A DNA stretch of 64,000 nt from positions 1,023,374-1,087,373 of the forward strand of contig NW_005434672.1 in NCBI RefSeq assembly GCF_000315625.1. The letters run 5' to 3'. Origin of the DNA: Guillardia theta CCMP2712 (lineage: Eukaryota > Protista > Cryptophyta). Below are positions 11,897 to 23,753 of this stretch, piece after piece (the first letter of the stretch is position 1; each line of letters starts with the position of its first letter). The position numbers and the translations under genes are program-made. The notes under the pieces were generated by a model, which searched no databases, had not been told where the DNA came from, and saw only the letters and a program-made list of their open reading frames with translations.

Positions 11897-13619
11897 TGTT
11901 CTTGTTAAAGGACTTGTTCTTAGCAATCTCTCCTTTTTCTCTTTCTCTGTCCCTCCTTCGCTCTCGCTCTCGCTGTCTCGCCAAGGGGAGGCAGTGTAAG
12001 TGCCAATATCAACCTGCCACAAAACTCGTCAAAGCTCAGTAAATGATCCTTTCGAGAGAAACATCTGATTGCAATGAAGGTTTCATACATTCCAACATTC
12101 GAAGCCAATACTAGAATGCTTGTTGAATTCTAGCCTAGCACATGCTATGCCATGCCTTCGAGCACTCCTACCCATTCTTGTCGACAAGCTCTGATATCTA
12201 CCTAAGATTCTTCCTTTCGCCACCGCCAAATTATCAAAAAGCGTTCACAAGGCTGTTTCTTCTAGAGATTGATCCGTTCTCGTACCATCTTCTGTTACCA
12301 AAGTCTTTAAATCAATCTAAGCCTCCTTCATTTTTTCCCTACACCTCAACTCTCCATGCCTATCGCACCCTTCCTTTCACTGAAACATGCATTCCGCTTC
12401 GTCGAGTGCCATGTTTTTTGGGGTCTCGTGCTATCTCCCATAATCGCTGTCTCCTCGTTCGCTTGCATCTTCATGCTCTCCCGCCTTGCTGCCCTACGAC
12501 GTCGCCATTGCACCCTCCATCAAATGCTGGAGTTTCACCTTTCCCCCTTTCATACTACCCTCTTAAAATACCCTACCCCATTCGTTGATCTACCCCCATC
12601 CATCTCCTAACCCTGTGAATAGATAACCCACCTAACCCTTTGAATCGTCTGATGAATCTATTAGCTATACTACCCTGATCTTCATCTGTAAAAAGTACCC
12701 GTACTCATACAGAATTATTGGATTTACCCCTTTTTAATAACCCCACCACCCAATCATGATTGAAGTGTGATAGCAGTACCGGTTCTTTTGTATACCCACC
12801 CGTACTTTGCACTGTGGCACTAGTACTTGCATCTCCCCCTCACCCCACCCTCTTCGATTCCCACAAACCCTATCTTGGACTACCCCTGGCATCCCTTTAG
12901 TTTCATGACCCCTCAACACCTTCTCCCCATTTTGGAGGGAGCTTTCAAGCACTTCTTCTATACTCATGGTATCTATTTTTACTATTGAAACAATAGGCAA
13001 TACTGATATAGTACTTGGGTGGTCATATCAACAGAGATAAGTCACAATTACCACCCACCTCTCTACCTATTTTTAGGTACACCAGAGTGTGATACCCCTC
13101 AATCTAGGTGGTGGGTCATTTGGACCAAGGACCCCACTTATCTACCCCTGATCTATTGGTTTTGATTTAGTAAAGATGACCCGTACTCCCTACTAACCCC
13201 TTACCTGAAGTTGGATAGGCACTTGCGACTGTACTCTCAGTGACGGAGGCCAGGCCGGCCGGATTCGGCAGAGGCCCGGGAAGTTTGAGGATTCCATGCA
13301 AGCAAACCAGAGGGAGGGGAAGGGGAAGACGGAGAGGGAAGGGGAGGAGAGAGCAAGCGAAGCAAAGAGACGAGAAGTAGAAGCTTGTAGAGAAAGCCTC
13401 AAAAGAGAAAGGGAGAGGGAAAGTAGAGGAGGAGAGAGTAGAGGAGTACAGCAGGCGTGCTGTTAGGAGATAACTGCGCTTGAACCAGAAAAATCTGGTG
13501 TATCTCCTGATCCTCTTCTGTTATAGCCGCTTGTACTCTAAAACGACTATCTCGACTGCAAATGGATAGAATATCGAAGGTTACTACTTGAGCTGTTATC
13601 CATTCAGATCATTTTACTG

Positions 13620-14885
13620 GCCTAGATCGTGGATGAAGGGAGATACTATGAAGCTTTGCAACAGTACAAGTCAACCTATTTTCGTTACAAGCTGAGGAAC
13701 AATCCAGCCACGGTACAATGTCTTCCACCGCATGTTGTTGAGGATCTCTGAATTGCAATGACCAGATCGACTTGTTGCGATCAGGGGCTGTGAAGTTGTT
13801 GGAACACAAGCAGTACGAGGGAGGTTTGGAGCTGGGCTCTCTGCTTGTGGAGCATCTGGTTAGCGCCGATCCAGCGGCAAGCAGTGATTCTCTCGGAGCT
13901 GTAAAGAGCATAGCAGAAGCGTTCTCTGAGTGCAGGTTGGAAGTTTCTTTCGCTCTTTTGGTCTGGTTGAACCTGACATGTTGATGATAGCGGAGCGGAG
14001 GGACACCAAGTTCAGTATCTGACCAGAGCGATCAAATGGAGCAAAGGAACGCGAGAGAGCAAGGTGAGCATGTATGCAGATGCCACTTCATTCGTGAACG
14101 CTGGGCGCCGGTGTTGGTAGAGTGTGGGCGACGCAACTTTGCACCAGTACATTGCGGAGGCCTACCTCGTGAGGTGGTCTAGTACTGCTGATAGCAAGTG
14201 ACCCGTTGCTGGCAGAAACTGAACAACCTGCCCCTTGCGCACATGCACTTTGCATGCGGGAATGATCCCAAACGTTTTGCAACTCTCCTGAGAGCCATGA
14301 GCTCCGAGTGCAGAGGAGAGGAACAGGTAGCTGATTGCCTGCTCCTGTCTGTTTGACCTCCGCTAGGATCTTGTATGGGCCCGTGCTATCCTACAATCCC
14401 TTTGCGCTAAGAACCTTGAACTTGCCGTTGGCTTGCTCGAAGAAAGCATGAAGACGGTGGGTGTTGCTGATGAAACTTTGTGGCGTTGTGAAATGCAGGG
14501 AAATAACATCGAGTTCAGGAAAATTCGTCTCTAAATGTCCGGAGTGTCTGGGAATCAAGAGCTATCGCAACAGCAAACTTTGACTTTCTCCGTTTTCTGG
14601 TTTTGGCATGTCAGAAGAGAAGTTTAAAACTGTTCGACAAGCTGACGGTATTGTAAATGCTGTTCTCATCTGTTAATGATTTTGCGGTTTCTCAGTATGA
14701 ATATGAAGAAAATATTCAAAGGGATCCAATGTTTGCAGATTATGTGGAAAAGATAGGAGAGATTTTCTGCAATCACCCTCCAAGAGTAAAGATGGGTAAA
14801 CAATCTAGATGTGACATTGCGAATTTTTTGACATCTCGTAGGATTTCCGGGGTTTTTGAATTCACTCTTTGGGGGTCTACAGTGA
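13620..14885 (+). CDS. GET4: Golgi-to-ER traffic protein 4 (GET4/TRC35); multi-exon, start codon not resolved
   Basis: Spliced segments VDEGRYYEALQQYK, LLRSGAVKLLEHKQYEGGLELGSLLVE, AIKWSK, LHQYIAEAY, DLVWARAILQSLC, FLRFLVLACQ and IQRDPMFADYVEKIGEIFC follow the GET4 pattern. Confidence 0.8.
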
Positions 14886-14984
14886 TTCAAATCCAATCAA
14901 TGAAGATTTCAACAAAAACATGAACAAGGATTTCACATGTCTTTATTCGTGACGCCGCTGTAGAAATCAATCACCATTACATCA

Positions 14985-16444
14985 TCAAATGACGTAATGG
15001 GGGCCACGTACAAAAGTCTTGACACGAGAGAAGTTCATCATATTTTCCTTGTCAGTTTGATACATCTGCACCTCCTTGTAGTGATACTTGGGCATGTTTG
15101 TCTCCTTGAGTGCTGCGGGCCTTGAGCTCACCGAGTGGCTCGAGACCACCTGTAAAGGAATGCTCCTCGACTCCGTGCTGCTCGACGAGGGCGCGAAATT
15201 TAACCTTGCTGAGCTCGTGTAGGAGGAGAGCTGTCGGTGGTTGTCAACGTTCATGTAGGATATCGGCATGCCCGTCGGGTGAATGATGGGCTGGTTGAAG
15301 CTCTTTGTTCCAGGCTCAGAGATGTCAGAAGCATCTGTGCGACAAGAGGAGTAGGGGCTGATGGAGATGGTTCGTTGACTCGGCTGCTCTGATGCAATCA
15401 AACTGATCACCTTCTTGCTCTCGCTGTGCACAAGGTCTCCAGCGGCGGGCTTCGGGGACGTATGCGGGGAGCCGGGTGAAGTTGAATTGTGCGACGGAGG
15501 TTCTGTGCCTGCTTTCCCTCTCTCATGCTTCTCGTCACAGCTAGCGGAACTTTCAAAGGCAAACCCAGACTTGAGCCTCAGGGGTTCTTCCAATCCACTC
15601 AAGCACGAAGAGGCGCAGGCCTTGTCGAATGAGGTTTCCCTTGCATGGAAATTTTCTTTGTGAAAGCTCTCTGTCTTGGTTTCTTTCATCGAGTGATCTG
15701 CAAAGGACAGTTCCGTCAAGTTACCCACCATTTCCTGCGTTGAGTAGAGTGAAACGGCTTGAAGTGGAGAGTAATTGTTGACAGAGACGTGTACACTTTC
15801 TCCTTCTGAGACCGTATCATTGGGCTGATGAATATCGGATGGTCTTGCCTTGATCAAATCATTTGCCTCTCCTTTCCTGTCTCTGTCTTCATACAGCACC
15901 TTGTCCACGTGCGCTAAAGTAGAATCGATTCGTTCCAGGAGCTTTCGAACAGCACTCGGACTGCACTTTTGTGAGATGAGATCTGCATTCTTGATCTCAT
16001 CTAGTTTTTCAATGTGTGATGACATCAGGGATTGCAGTGATTGAATCAAAGACTCGTGCACGTTCTTGTACATTGACACTCTCTTCAGTTCGTCCTGAAA
16101 ATTCAAATTTTACCATGGAGCATAATCCTCCTCTGTTCATTTGATCTTGGCATTGGGCAAGTGGGTTTAAGTGGTAAACATGCTTGCATCATATGCAAAG
16201 GTTACTGAGATTTGTGATCGACAACTGTTATCAGCACACCAATCAATCTGCCACCGGAACGTGCATATCGAGAACGGGGGTGACCGCTGTCTAGTCTAGT
16301 AAACACTGATTTCTTTGTGGTTCAAGTTTCATCTTCCAATCCAACACGAGTTGTGTACAGCACAACGATCGCACATGCTGCCATGTTTCTTACCTCCAGG
16401 TCTTCGATCTTCTCCTTCGCTCTCCGGAGCTCTGCTTCCGACAT
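14985..16444 (-). CDS. Hypothetical protein with N-terminal coiled coil and long Ser-rich disordered region
   Basis: 373-aa ORF (14985-16106) plus a probable first exon MSEAELRRAKEKIEDLE followed by a gtaag donor. No family recognised. Confidence 0.6.
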
Positions 16445-16559
16445 GGCGCGCAGCTTGAGCGGCGAGGTTCGGGCCAGCAAGGAAGGGCAGATTGAATTTC
16501 AGCCCGCGGGACCTACCGCAAGTCAACGGAAGGGCAGGGGCTGCCGGTAGCCGCTTATT

Positions 16560-17910
16560 AGTGACTAGTGACTCGGCCCGCCGCCGTTTTATGCCCGGGA
16601 CCCGGACTGGAGGCCGTTAGGTGACCCAGTGACTGAAACGCCGGTCGGCGGCGACGGCACGGTACGGTCACCGCGGCCGCGCCGGGCCGTCACACTGACT
16701 CCCGTCCGGCGATCGGCGCCAATTTGCCGGCCCGGGCCGGGGCCACAGCCGCCGGGCAGTCCGGCGCCCCGCCGGGGCCGGCCCGGGGGCCCCCGGGCCC
16801 GACCGTTCGGCGTCGGCGGAACTTCGGAAGTTGATCGGACGGCCCGGTCACTGGCAGTCACTCGGAGGGTGCCGATCGTCACTTCGGGGGCGGCCCGTGG
16901 CACGCCGGGCCCGTGTGCCACGTTGACTGCCGCCCGGTCTGGCGGCCCGGCCCGGCCGGGCCGCCCCGTTCACGGTTTACCGTACCCCGGGCCGGCGCCG
17001 CCGGAGCCTCGGAGTAGCACTGAACACTGAGTGGCGGTGTGGCGACCCGATCCGACGCCGGCGGCGCCGCAGCCCCGGTCCGGCCCGGCGGCCGCCGCCC
17101 GGCGGCGGCCGGCACACCGTGCCTTCCGGCCGCGGGGCCGGCAGATCGTTCGGAGCTTCGGCCCGTCACCCCGCCGCCGGCGCCCCGGGCCGGGCCGGCC
17201 CCGGCGGCCCCCGTGCGGCCGGCCCACACACGGCCGTACAGTCACAAGTTCCAAGTTCGTGGCGGCATTGAGTTGCCCCGGCGTTGGGTGGCACCCGGCG
17301 GGCCCCGGACTCTCACGCCACGGTGGGACCGTCGGCCCCCGGGCGCCCCGGCCCGGGGGGGGGGGGCGGCCCGGTTCCCGGAGTCCTCCGGACTCCGGGA
17401 GTCCGGACTGGACGGTCCGATCCGACTACGGTCCGATCTCACTGAGCCTACAGCGCGGCCGGGGCCAGCACTGCGGCAATGGCACCGTGTGGCACTCAGC
17501 CGCCGGTGACTGCCGCGCAGTCGCGGGCGGGCCCGGAGCCTGTGTGACCGGGCCGCGGCCCGCCAGCCTCGGCTCCCGGACTCGTCCCGGCGGCGTACCA
17601 CAGCGGCGGCCCGGCCTGCGGACCGGCGTCCCGGCGGCGTACCACAGCCGGGCGGCCCGGCCGCCGCCGCGGTCACTCAGTGACGGTCGGACCGTTACGC
17701 CCCCCGGCCGCCCGCCCGCTCAGTGCGGCCGCCGCGAGCGCCCGGCCGCCGGTCGCGAGCCCGAGCCGGGGACCGTACTCGGGATGCGGCTCGGCCCGGA
17801 CTCAGCATGTACGGTGACCGTACGGTACTTATTACTTACTTACCAGTACTAGCTGAGTAAAAGGAAGCCGGTACTCCGACGGCAAAGCCCGTGCCCGTGC
17901 CCGTGCCGTT
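16560..17910. promoter_or_regulatory. Very GC-rich CCGG/GTCAC/TCAGT-motif island between divergently transcribed genes
   Basis: Abrupt compositional change with recurring cggccgg, ccggg, gtcact/agtgac, cggtacgg and gatcgg words. It lies between the 5' ends of the genes at 16444(-) and 18083(+). A regulatory role is inferred from position only. Confidence 0.45.
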
Positions 17911-18082
17911 TTACCGTGCCAGCCTGTGATCGGACAGAAGTAACCGAGTCAACTTATAACCGTGAACAATTTCCCACAACGCTTGACGCTGAAAAGCCGG
18001 AGCCTTGGATGTAGTAAAATTTAAAACTCGTTTCCGTTGAACTTCAAGGTCAGCGCAGATCACGCCACCGCGTTCTGAGGTC

Positions 18083-18994
18083 ATGGACAATCGCAGCCAA
18101 ATCCGACCTATTTTAAAGAAGTCAAGGCCGACCTCTTGCTCCAAGTTCACACAAGACTCCATGATGCAGCACAACGATGATGATTCTGATTGTGAGTGGC
18201 TCCCCTCTCCCCTCGATGCCCTCTACTTCCTCCCCTCCCATCCCGCTATCCCTGATCCCCTCCCCTCCCCTGACCCCTGGAGCTCTCCCGACGACCTCTG
18301 GTCCCCTTTCGACCAGCCAGCCTTCGACCAGCCAGCCTCGCAAGACTCCGAGCCTCTCCAGCTCATCCTCCACGACCCAAGCGAGGAGACGCCCGACCCA
18401 GAGCCAGTCTTCCCTGCCCCAGTGCTGACCCGGCCTTGCCTCCCGCTACCCCGGCCTTGTCTTCCCCCGTCCCCGGCGGCTCCTGCTCGGGCCATCATGC
18501 TCCTCGAGCCTCTGCCTGATCGCCGGAGCTCCTCCTCCCCCGCCTTCCTCCCCTCCAAGCTCACCCTCGGCCAGAAGCTCGACATCGTCCGCCGCAGCGA
18601 GGCCCCCAAGCACGACCTCGACTACCGCTCCCCGTCAGAGCTGGCGCGCATGTACGGCAAGAGCCGGTCGTCCATCTCCAAGATCCTCAGGCCCTCCTAC
18701 GTCGGGAGGCTCAAGCAGCTTGCGGCCAGCGGCGTGTCGACGGACATCAGGCGGAGCACGAGCACGCTGCACCCGGAGCTGGAGCGGCGGATCCACGAGT
18801 ACGTGGTGAGGACGGCGAGGGGAGCGAACTGGCGGCAGGAGGTGTGCAGGTACGCGGAGAGGGTAGCGGAGGAGCTAGGGGTGGAGGGCTTCAAGGCGAG
18901 CTTGAACTGGTATCATCGCTTCATCGCGAGGCACTCGCTGAGGAGCGAGCCAGCGGCGGCGGCAAGGAAGAGGAGGGGAGCATGGAGCTACTGA
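18083..18994 (+). CDS. CENP-B/pogo-type double helix-turn-helix DNA-binding protein without DDE domain, copy 1
   Basis: KLTLGQKLDIVRR...SELARMYGKSRSSISKIL (psq/CENP-B N-terminal HTH) and HPELERRIHEYV...AERVAEELGVEGFKASLNWYHRFIARHSL (Tc5/CENP-B HTH). Acidic Pro-rich N-terminus. Intronless. Confidence 0.82.
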   Translation: MDNRSQIRPILKKSRPTSCSKFTQDSMMQHNDDDSDCEWLPSPLDALYFLPSHPAIPDPLPSPDPWSSPDDLWSPFDQPAFDQPASQDSEPLQLILHDPSEETPDPEPVFPAPVLTRPCLPLPRPCLPPSPAAPARAIMLLEPLPDRRSSSSPAFLPSKLTLGQKLDIVRRSEAPKHDLDYRSPSELARMYGKSRSSISKILRPSYVGRLKQLAASGVSTDIRRSTSTLHPELERRIHEYVVRTARGANWRQEVCRYAERVAEELGVEGFKASLNWYHRFIARHSLRSEPAAAARKRRGAWSY

Positions 18995-19565
18995 ATGGAT
19001 CAAGGAGAAGGCATTCGTTCAAGGAGTTGCCGTTTGAGCCATGTTGTTTTTTCCATTGCAAAAAGCCAAGGTGTATTATAGGTGTCTGAGAGATAGATAT
19101 TCTTTATTAAAGAGGGAACAGGGAAGGACACAGAGATTAAATATTTGTGAACTCTCAGCACGTGTTATGATCTGTGCTCGATACTGATACATTCCTGCAT
19201 ATCAGGGACAATATGTGAACTAACTGATGGCGTCTGTATAGCTCGTTGAGATGAACCGTAGCTTGATAGGAATGGAATGAAATAATTGAAAAATCCATGA
19301 AGACTGCAATGATAGATAAAAATAGAGACTTTCGACAAGCAGCTTGCAGAGAAATGCATTTAGTAAAAAAGAGGAAAAAAAAAGGAAAAAAGGAAAAAAA
19401 GAATTGAAGATTGCTGACGGTCGATGACTGCATGTTTTACTACAGGTGACAACGGTGACTTTTTAGATAGTAATATGGTCATTGCAAGGTCATATCCATT
19501 CACCGCCAACCACGCACGAGTATATACATCCGCTGTCCTCGAGCTAACAGCACCTCATCCACAAG

Positions 19566-20399
19566 ATGCAGCACAACGATGATGGTTCTGATTGTGAGTG
19601 GCTCCCCTCTCCCCTCGATGCCCTCTACTTCCTCCCCTCCCATCCCGCTATCCCTGATCCCCTCCCCTCCCCTGACCCCTGGAGCTCTCCCGACGACCTC
19701 TGGTCCCCTTTCGACCAGCCAGCCTTCGACCAGCCAGCCTCGCAAGACTCCGAGCCTCTCCAGCTCATCCTCCACGACCCAAGCGAGGAGACGCCCGACC
19801 CAGAGCCAGTCTTCCCTGCCCCAGTGCTGACCCGGCCTTGCTTCCCGCTACCCCGGCCTTGTCTTCCTGTCCAGTCCCCGGCGGCTCCTGCTCGGGCCAT
19901 CATGCTCCTCGAGCCTCTGCCTGATCGCCGGAGCTCCTCTTCCCCCGCCTTCCTCCCCTCCAAGCTCACCCTCGGCCAGAAGCTCGACATCGTCCGCCGC
20001 AGCGAGGCCCCCAAGCACGACCTCGACTACCGCTCCCCGTCAGAGCTGGCGCACATGTACGGCAAGAGCCGGTCGTCCATCTCCAAGATCCTCAGGCCCT
20101 CCTACGTCGGGAGGCTCAAGCAGCTTGCGGCCAGCGGCGTGTCGACGGACATCAGGCGGAGCACGAGCACGCTGCACCCGGAGCTGGAGCGGCGGATCCA
20201 CGAGTACGTGGTGAGGACGGCGAGGGGGGCGAACTGGCGGCAGGAGGTGTGCAGGTACGCGGAGAGGGTAGCGGAGGAGCTAGGGGTGGAGGGCTTCAAG
20301 GCGAGCTTGAACTGGTATCATCGCTTCATCGCGAGGCACTCGCTGAGGAGCGAGCCAGCGGCGGCGGCAAGGAAGAGGAGGGGAGCATGGAGCTACTGA
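19566..20399 (+). CDS. CENP-B/pogo-type double-HTH protein, copy 2 (tandem duplicate)
   Basis: Near-identical to 18164-18994, with a few substitutions and a one-codon insertion (PVQSP vs PPSP). Confidence 0.82.
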   Translation: MQHNDDGSDCEWLPSPLDALYFLPSHPAIPDPLPSPDPWSSPDDLWSPFDQPAFDQPASQDSEPLQLILHDPSEETPDPEPVFPAPVLTRPCFPLPRPCLPVQSPAAPARAIMLLEPLPDRRSSSSPAFLPSKLTLGQKLDIVRRSEAPKHDLDYRSPSELAHMYGKSRSSISKILRPSYVGRLKQLAASGVSTDIRRSTSTLHPELERRIHEYVVRTARGANWRQEVCRYAERVAEELGVEGFKASLNWYHRFIARHSLRSEPAAAARKRRGAWSY

Positions 20400-20819
20400 A
20401 GGGTTTAAAATGCGATATTTCGACAAAGCCCATGGATATATGTTCGTGGTGTACCAACGCTGTCTGGATGGAGGAGATGGAGGCAGACAGGAAGGCTTCG
20501 AGCACTACAGACGATTTATGCGTTCTTCGTACTACAAAGCGTTGACATTTTTTCGCAAACTGAGGCTGTATGTCAGTAAAGTTTGAAAGAGATACCTTTC
20601 CTTTGCATTCACTCACAATAATAATGATGTTGATCTTCGAAGATTACATGGATTATCGCAACCAGAGCTTGTATTGTATTGATGCAGGGTGGGGTGGTCT
20701 GTCCGTGACACCCCCACCTCCATTTTTTCTTTGAAAAGCTGGGATGAGGTGGGTGGTTCGATTGATAGGGTGTTACAAAACTAACCTAGCATGATCCCGT
20801 ACAAAAATGATCCTCAAGC

Positions 20820-22177
20820 ACTCTCTCTCCTGCTCGTTTCTTTCCAATTTTCAAAGCTGGATGCGTCATGGTACCTCTAGCAAGCGACTGACTGAAAGGA
20901 TGGGGCAGAGGGGAGGTCTGGGAGGTCTAGCCCCAGCAGCCCATGTGCAGAACTTTCATTACAGTGCATCGAAAATGACAAGATGAATGAACAAATGTGT
21001 CGTATACTTCACAAAGAAATGAAGAAAGAACGCAGAGAGCTACAACAGAGAAATCTCTAGTTTACTTTACGGAACCCACTAACAAACACCGCTCGTGCTG
21101 CGCATAACGTGTCCATTGAGATAGAGTTTATCCGAAAGAAAAAGTATCCTTGACGTCCAGATCTTCATAGATTCAACAAAAAGAATACATTCCATTGTCA
21201 ATCGAACCGCAAAAGCCCAAGTTTCCTGGCTGCTGCCTCATCTCGTCTTTCCCTTTTCTTCTTCATCAACCATGTAAACCTCCCTGCTCCCCTCCTCTTG
21301 CCGCTGCCGCTGGCTCGCTCCTCAGCGTACCTGCACACCTCCTGCCGCCAGTTCGCTCCCCTCGCCGTCCTCACCACGTACTCGTGGATCCGCCGCTCCA
21401 GCTCCGGGTGCAGCGTGCTCGTGCTCCGCCTGATGTCCGTCGACACGCCGCTGGCCGCAAGCTGCTTGAGCACTCTTGCCGTAAATGCGCGCCAGTACGT
21501 TGGGCGTTTCAAGGCAAATCTAGTACTTAGAGATGCGGATTGCTTTTGCGGCTGATCGAGATTAGTTTGCAGTTCAACATCTCTATTATACATTTCTTGT
21601 TATCATACTGTACTCGTACACAGCGCCCTGAAGCAATCATATGGACCTTGCTGTCGTGAGAGATCAGGACGGAACGAGCATATCATCCGAGACTCTTTAA
21701 AGAGGAGGACGGTTGAAGTTTCTTCGGAAATAGATTCACGGATCACGGGCAGTCATGCTGCAAGATTTTGGGTTCAAGGGACTTCGTTGTTTATAACTCG
21801 TCTCACTCCAGTCATCTCCTCTCATCGACTCCTTGGCTGGCCTCCGCAAACCACCCACCCTACTAATTTTGAAACATCAGTCGGAATAAGGGGTACTGCA
21901 GACAAACTGACTGTGGCCACTTGCCCTTCGTTCCCGTATCCTCTCCTCTGATCCCGGGCCACTCTTGATCCAGACAGCTCGCGTCCTCTTTCCCCCTACA
22001 GCACACCTTCTCTCCTCATTGTTCCTTTCCCAATGTCAATGAGCTCACCAACATGGATGCGTCATGGGCCCTCTAGCAAGCGACTGATTGGTCGTTCACA
22101 TACGGCTTGAGTAGGAATGCATACTGATAGGATGGGGCAACGGGAAAGTCAGGGAGGTCTAGCACGAGCAGCTCATG
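20820..22177 (+). repeat. Diverged direct repeat pair (about 20820-20945 and 22010-22177) flanking the truncated HTH copy
   Basis: Shared tggatgcgtcatgg..cctctagcaagcgactga...ggatggggca...gggaggtctagc.c.agcagc.catg. The second copy has an internal insertion. Confidence 0.7.
21282..21471 (-). pseudogene. Truncated inverted fragment of the HTH gene with an internal 83-nt deletion
   Basis: Matches LKQLAASGVSTDIRR...QEVCRYA, then jumps at a cgc microhomology to tgaggagcgagccagc, deleting the equivalent of 18856-18938 and causing a frameshift. Confidence 0.8.
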
Positions 22178-22937
22178 CCGAGGACATGTAATCCTCTTAG
22201 ATCAACGTCGAATGAAAGGAAGGGGGTTGGTTGTAACCGTTCAAGGCAATTACGGGTCCGAATAAGAAATCTCGCTAGGATTATGAGCATGCCATAGATC
22301 AAGGCGATCAACGACTTACCAGTACAAATACAATCACGGGTGTCACAACCACGCAGGTCAATTGGGCAGCCACTTACATACATCCAGCAAATCTTCAGAT
22401 CAACTTTGTTCTTTTTCAACGGCTGCATGAGTATGGGCCGATATAAATGATGTTGCCTGCGACGGAGAGAACAGCTAAAGGAAGTCATCGATTCAAATCA
22501 TCACCTTCCAAACCAATATCTTGTTGGGTAAGGTACCATCGTCAAAAGAAGCTCTCGAAGCTGATGACAGAGCGAGGAAAACAACGTGAGAATTATCGCA
22601 ACACTGACCCTTTTGTCAGGACACAATCATTACAATCATGACAAGGTTGGAGAGTTGACAATTTTTGTTGTTGAATCATGTATTTTAGAGACAAATGTTT
22701 CTTGTAATTCAATGTACTTTAGAGACAAGAAAATTTCAAAGTTGTTGGGGAAAATCCTGGATCGGAACAGTATGAATCGGATCAACTGAGCTGATTAGAT
22801 GCATAACGAAGAATCTTGAACGTTCAGATACGTCCACCAGAAAAAACTCAACGCCCGCAATAAAGGTAAGAAATCAACCCAGAAGGCTATCCGACACTAA
22901 AATCCTGCTCATTGAAGACGAAAATCGGACATTTGAA

Positions 22938-23753
22938 TCAATTTCCTTCGGCCCTTTTCGAAAAAATCGAGATACTCTTGAGAGAATGCCTCGCGATGAA
23001 GCGATGATACCAGTTCAAGCTCGCCTTGAAGCCCTCCACCCCTAGCTCCTCCGCTACCCTCTCCGCGTACCTGCACACCTCCTGCCGCCAGTTCGCCCCC
23101 CTCGCCGTCCTCACCACGTACTCGTGGATCCGCCGCTCCAGCTCCGGGTGCAGCGTGCTCGTGCTCCGCCTGATGTCCGTCGACACGCCGCTGGCCGCAA
23201 GCTGCTTGAGCCTCCCGACGTAGGAGGGCCTGAGGATCTTGGAGATGGACGACCGGCTCTTGCCGTACATGCGCGCCAGCTCTGACGGGGAGCGGTAGTC
23301 GGGGTCGTGCTTGGGGGCCTCGCTGCGGCGGACGATGTCGAGCTTCTGGCCGAGGGTGAGCTTGGAGGGGAGGAAGGCGGGGGAGGAGGAGCTCCGGCGA
23401 TCAGGCAGAGGCTCGAGGAGCATGATGGCCCGAGCAGGAGCCGCCGGGGACGGGGGAAGACAAGGCCGGGGTAGCGGGAAGCAAGGCTGGGTCAGCACTG
23501 GGGCAGGGAAGACTGGCTCCGGGTCGGGCGTCTCCTCGCTTGGGTCGTGGAGGATGAGCTGGAGAGGCTCGGAGTCTTGCGAGGCTGGCTGGTCGAAGGC
23601 TGGCTGGTCGAAAGGGGACCAGAGGTCGTCGGGAGAGCTCCAGGGGTCAGGGGAGGGGAGGGGATCAGGGATAGCGGGATGGGAGGGGAGGAAGTAGAGG
23701 GCATCGAGGGGAGAGGGGAGCCACTCTCCGCTTTGATCAGATGTCTCGTACAT
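22938..23753 (-). CDS. CENP-B/pogo-type double-HTH protein, copy 3 (inverted; distinct N- and C-termini)
   Basis: Core EWLPSPLD...FIARHSL is near-identical to copies 1 and 2. First ATG at 23753 (MYETSDQSG). Unique tail KSISIFSKRAEGN. Confidence 0.8.
   Translation of the reverse strand: MYETSDQSGEWLPSPLDALYFLPSHPAIPDPLPSPDPWSSPDDLWSPFDQPAFDQPASQDSEPLQLILHDPSEETPDPEPVFPAPVLTQPCFPLPRPCLPPSPAAPARAIMLLEPLPDRRSSSSPAFLPSKLTLGQKLDIVRRSEAPKHDPDYRSPSELARMYGKSRSSISKILRPSYVGRLKQLAASGVSTDIRRSTSTLHPELERRIHEYVVRTARGANWRQEVCRYAERVAEELGVEGFKASLNWYHRFIARHSLKSISIFSKRAEGN

Noticed and set aside
16589-17852. Long Pro/Gly/Arg/Ala ORFs on both strands (also 38450-38705 and 51552-52293)
   Set aside because: These are by-products of very high GC content with few stop codons. 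No domain signal, and they overlap in all frames.
22159-22800. Short ORFs in the spacer of the HTH cluster as a possible missing DDE domain
   Set aside because: No DDE_1-type motifs were recognised in the translations.
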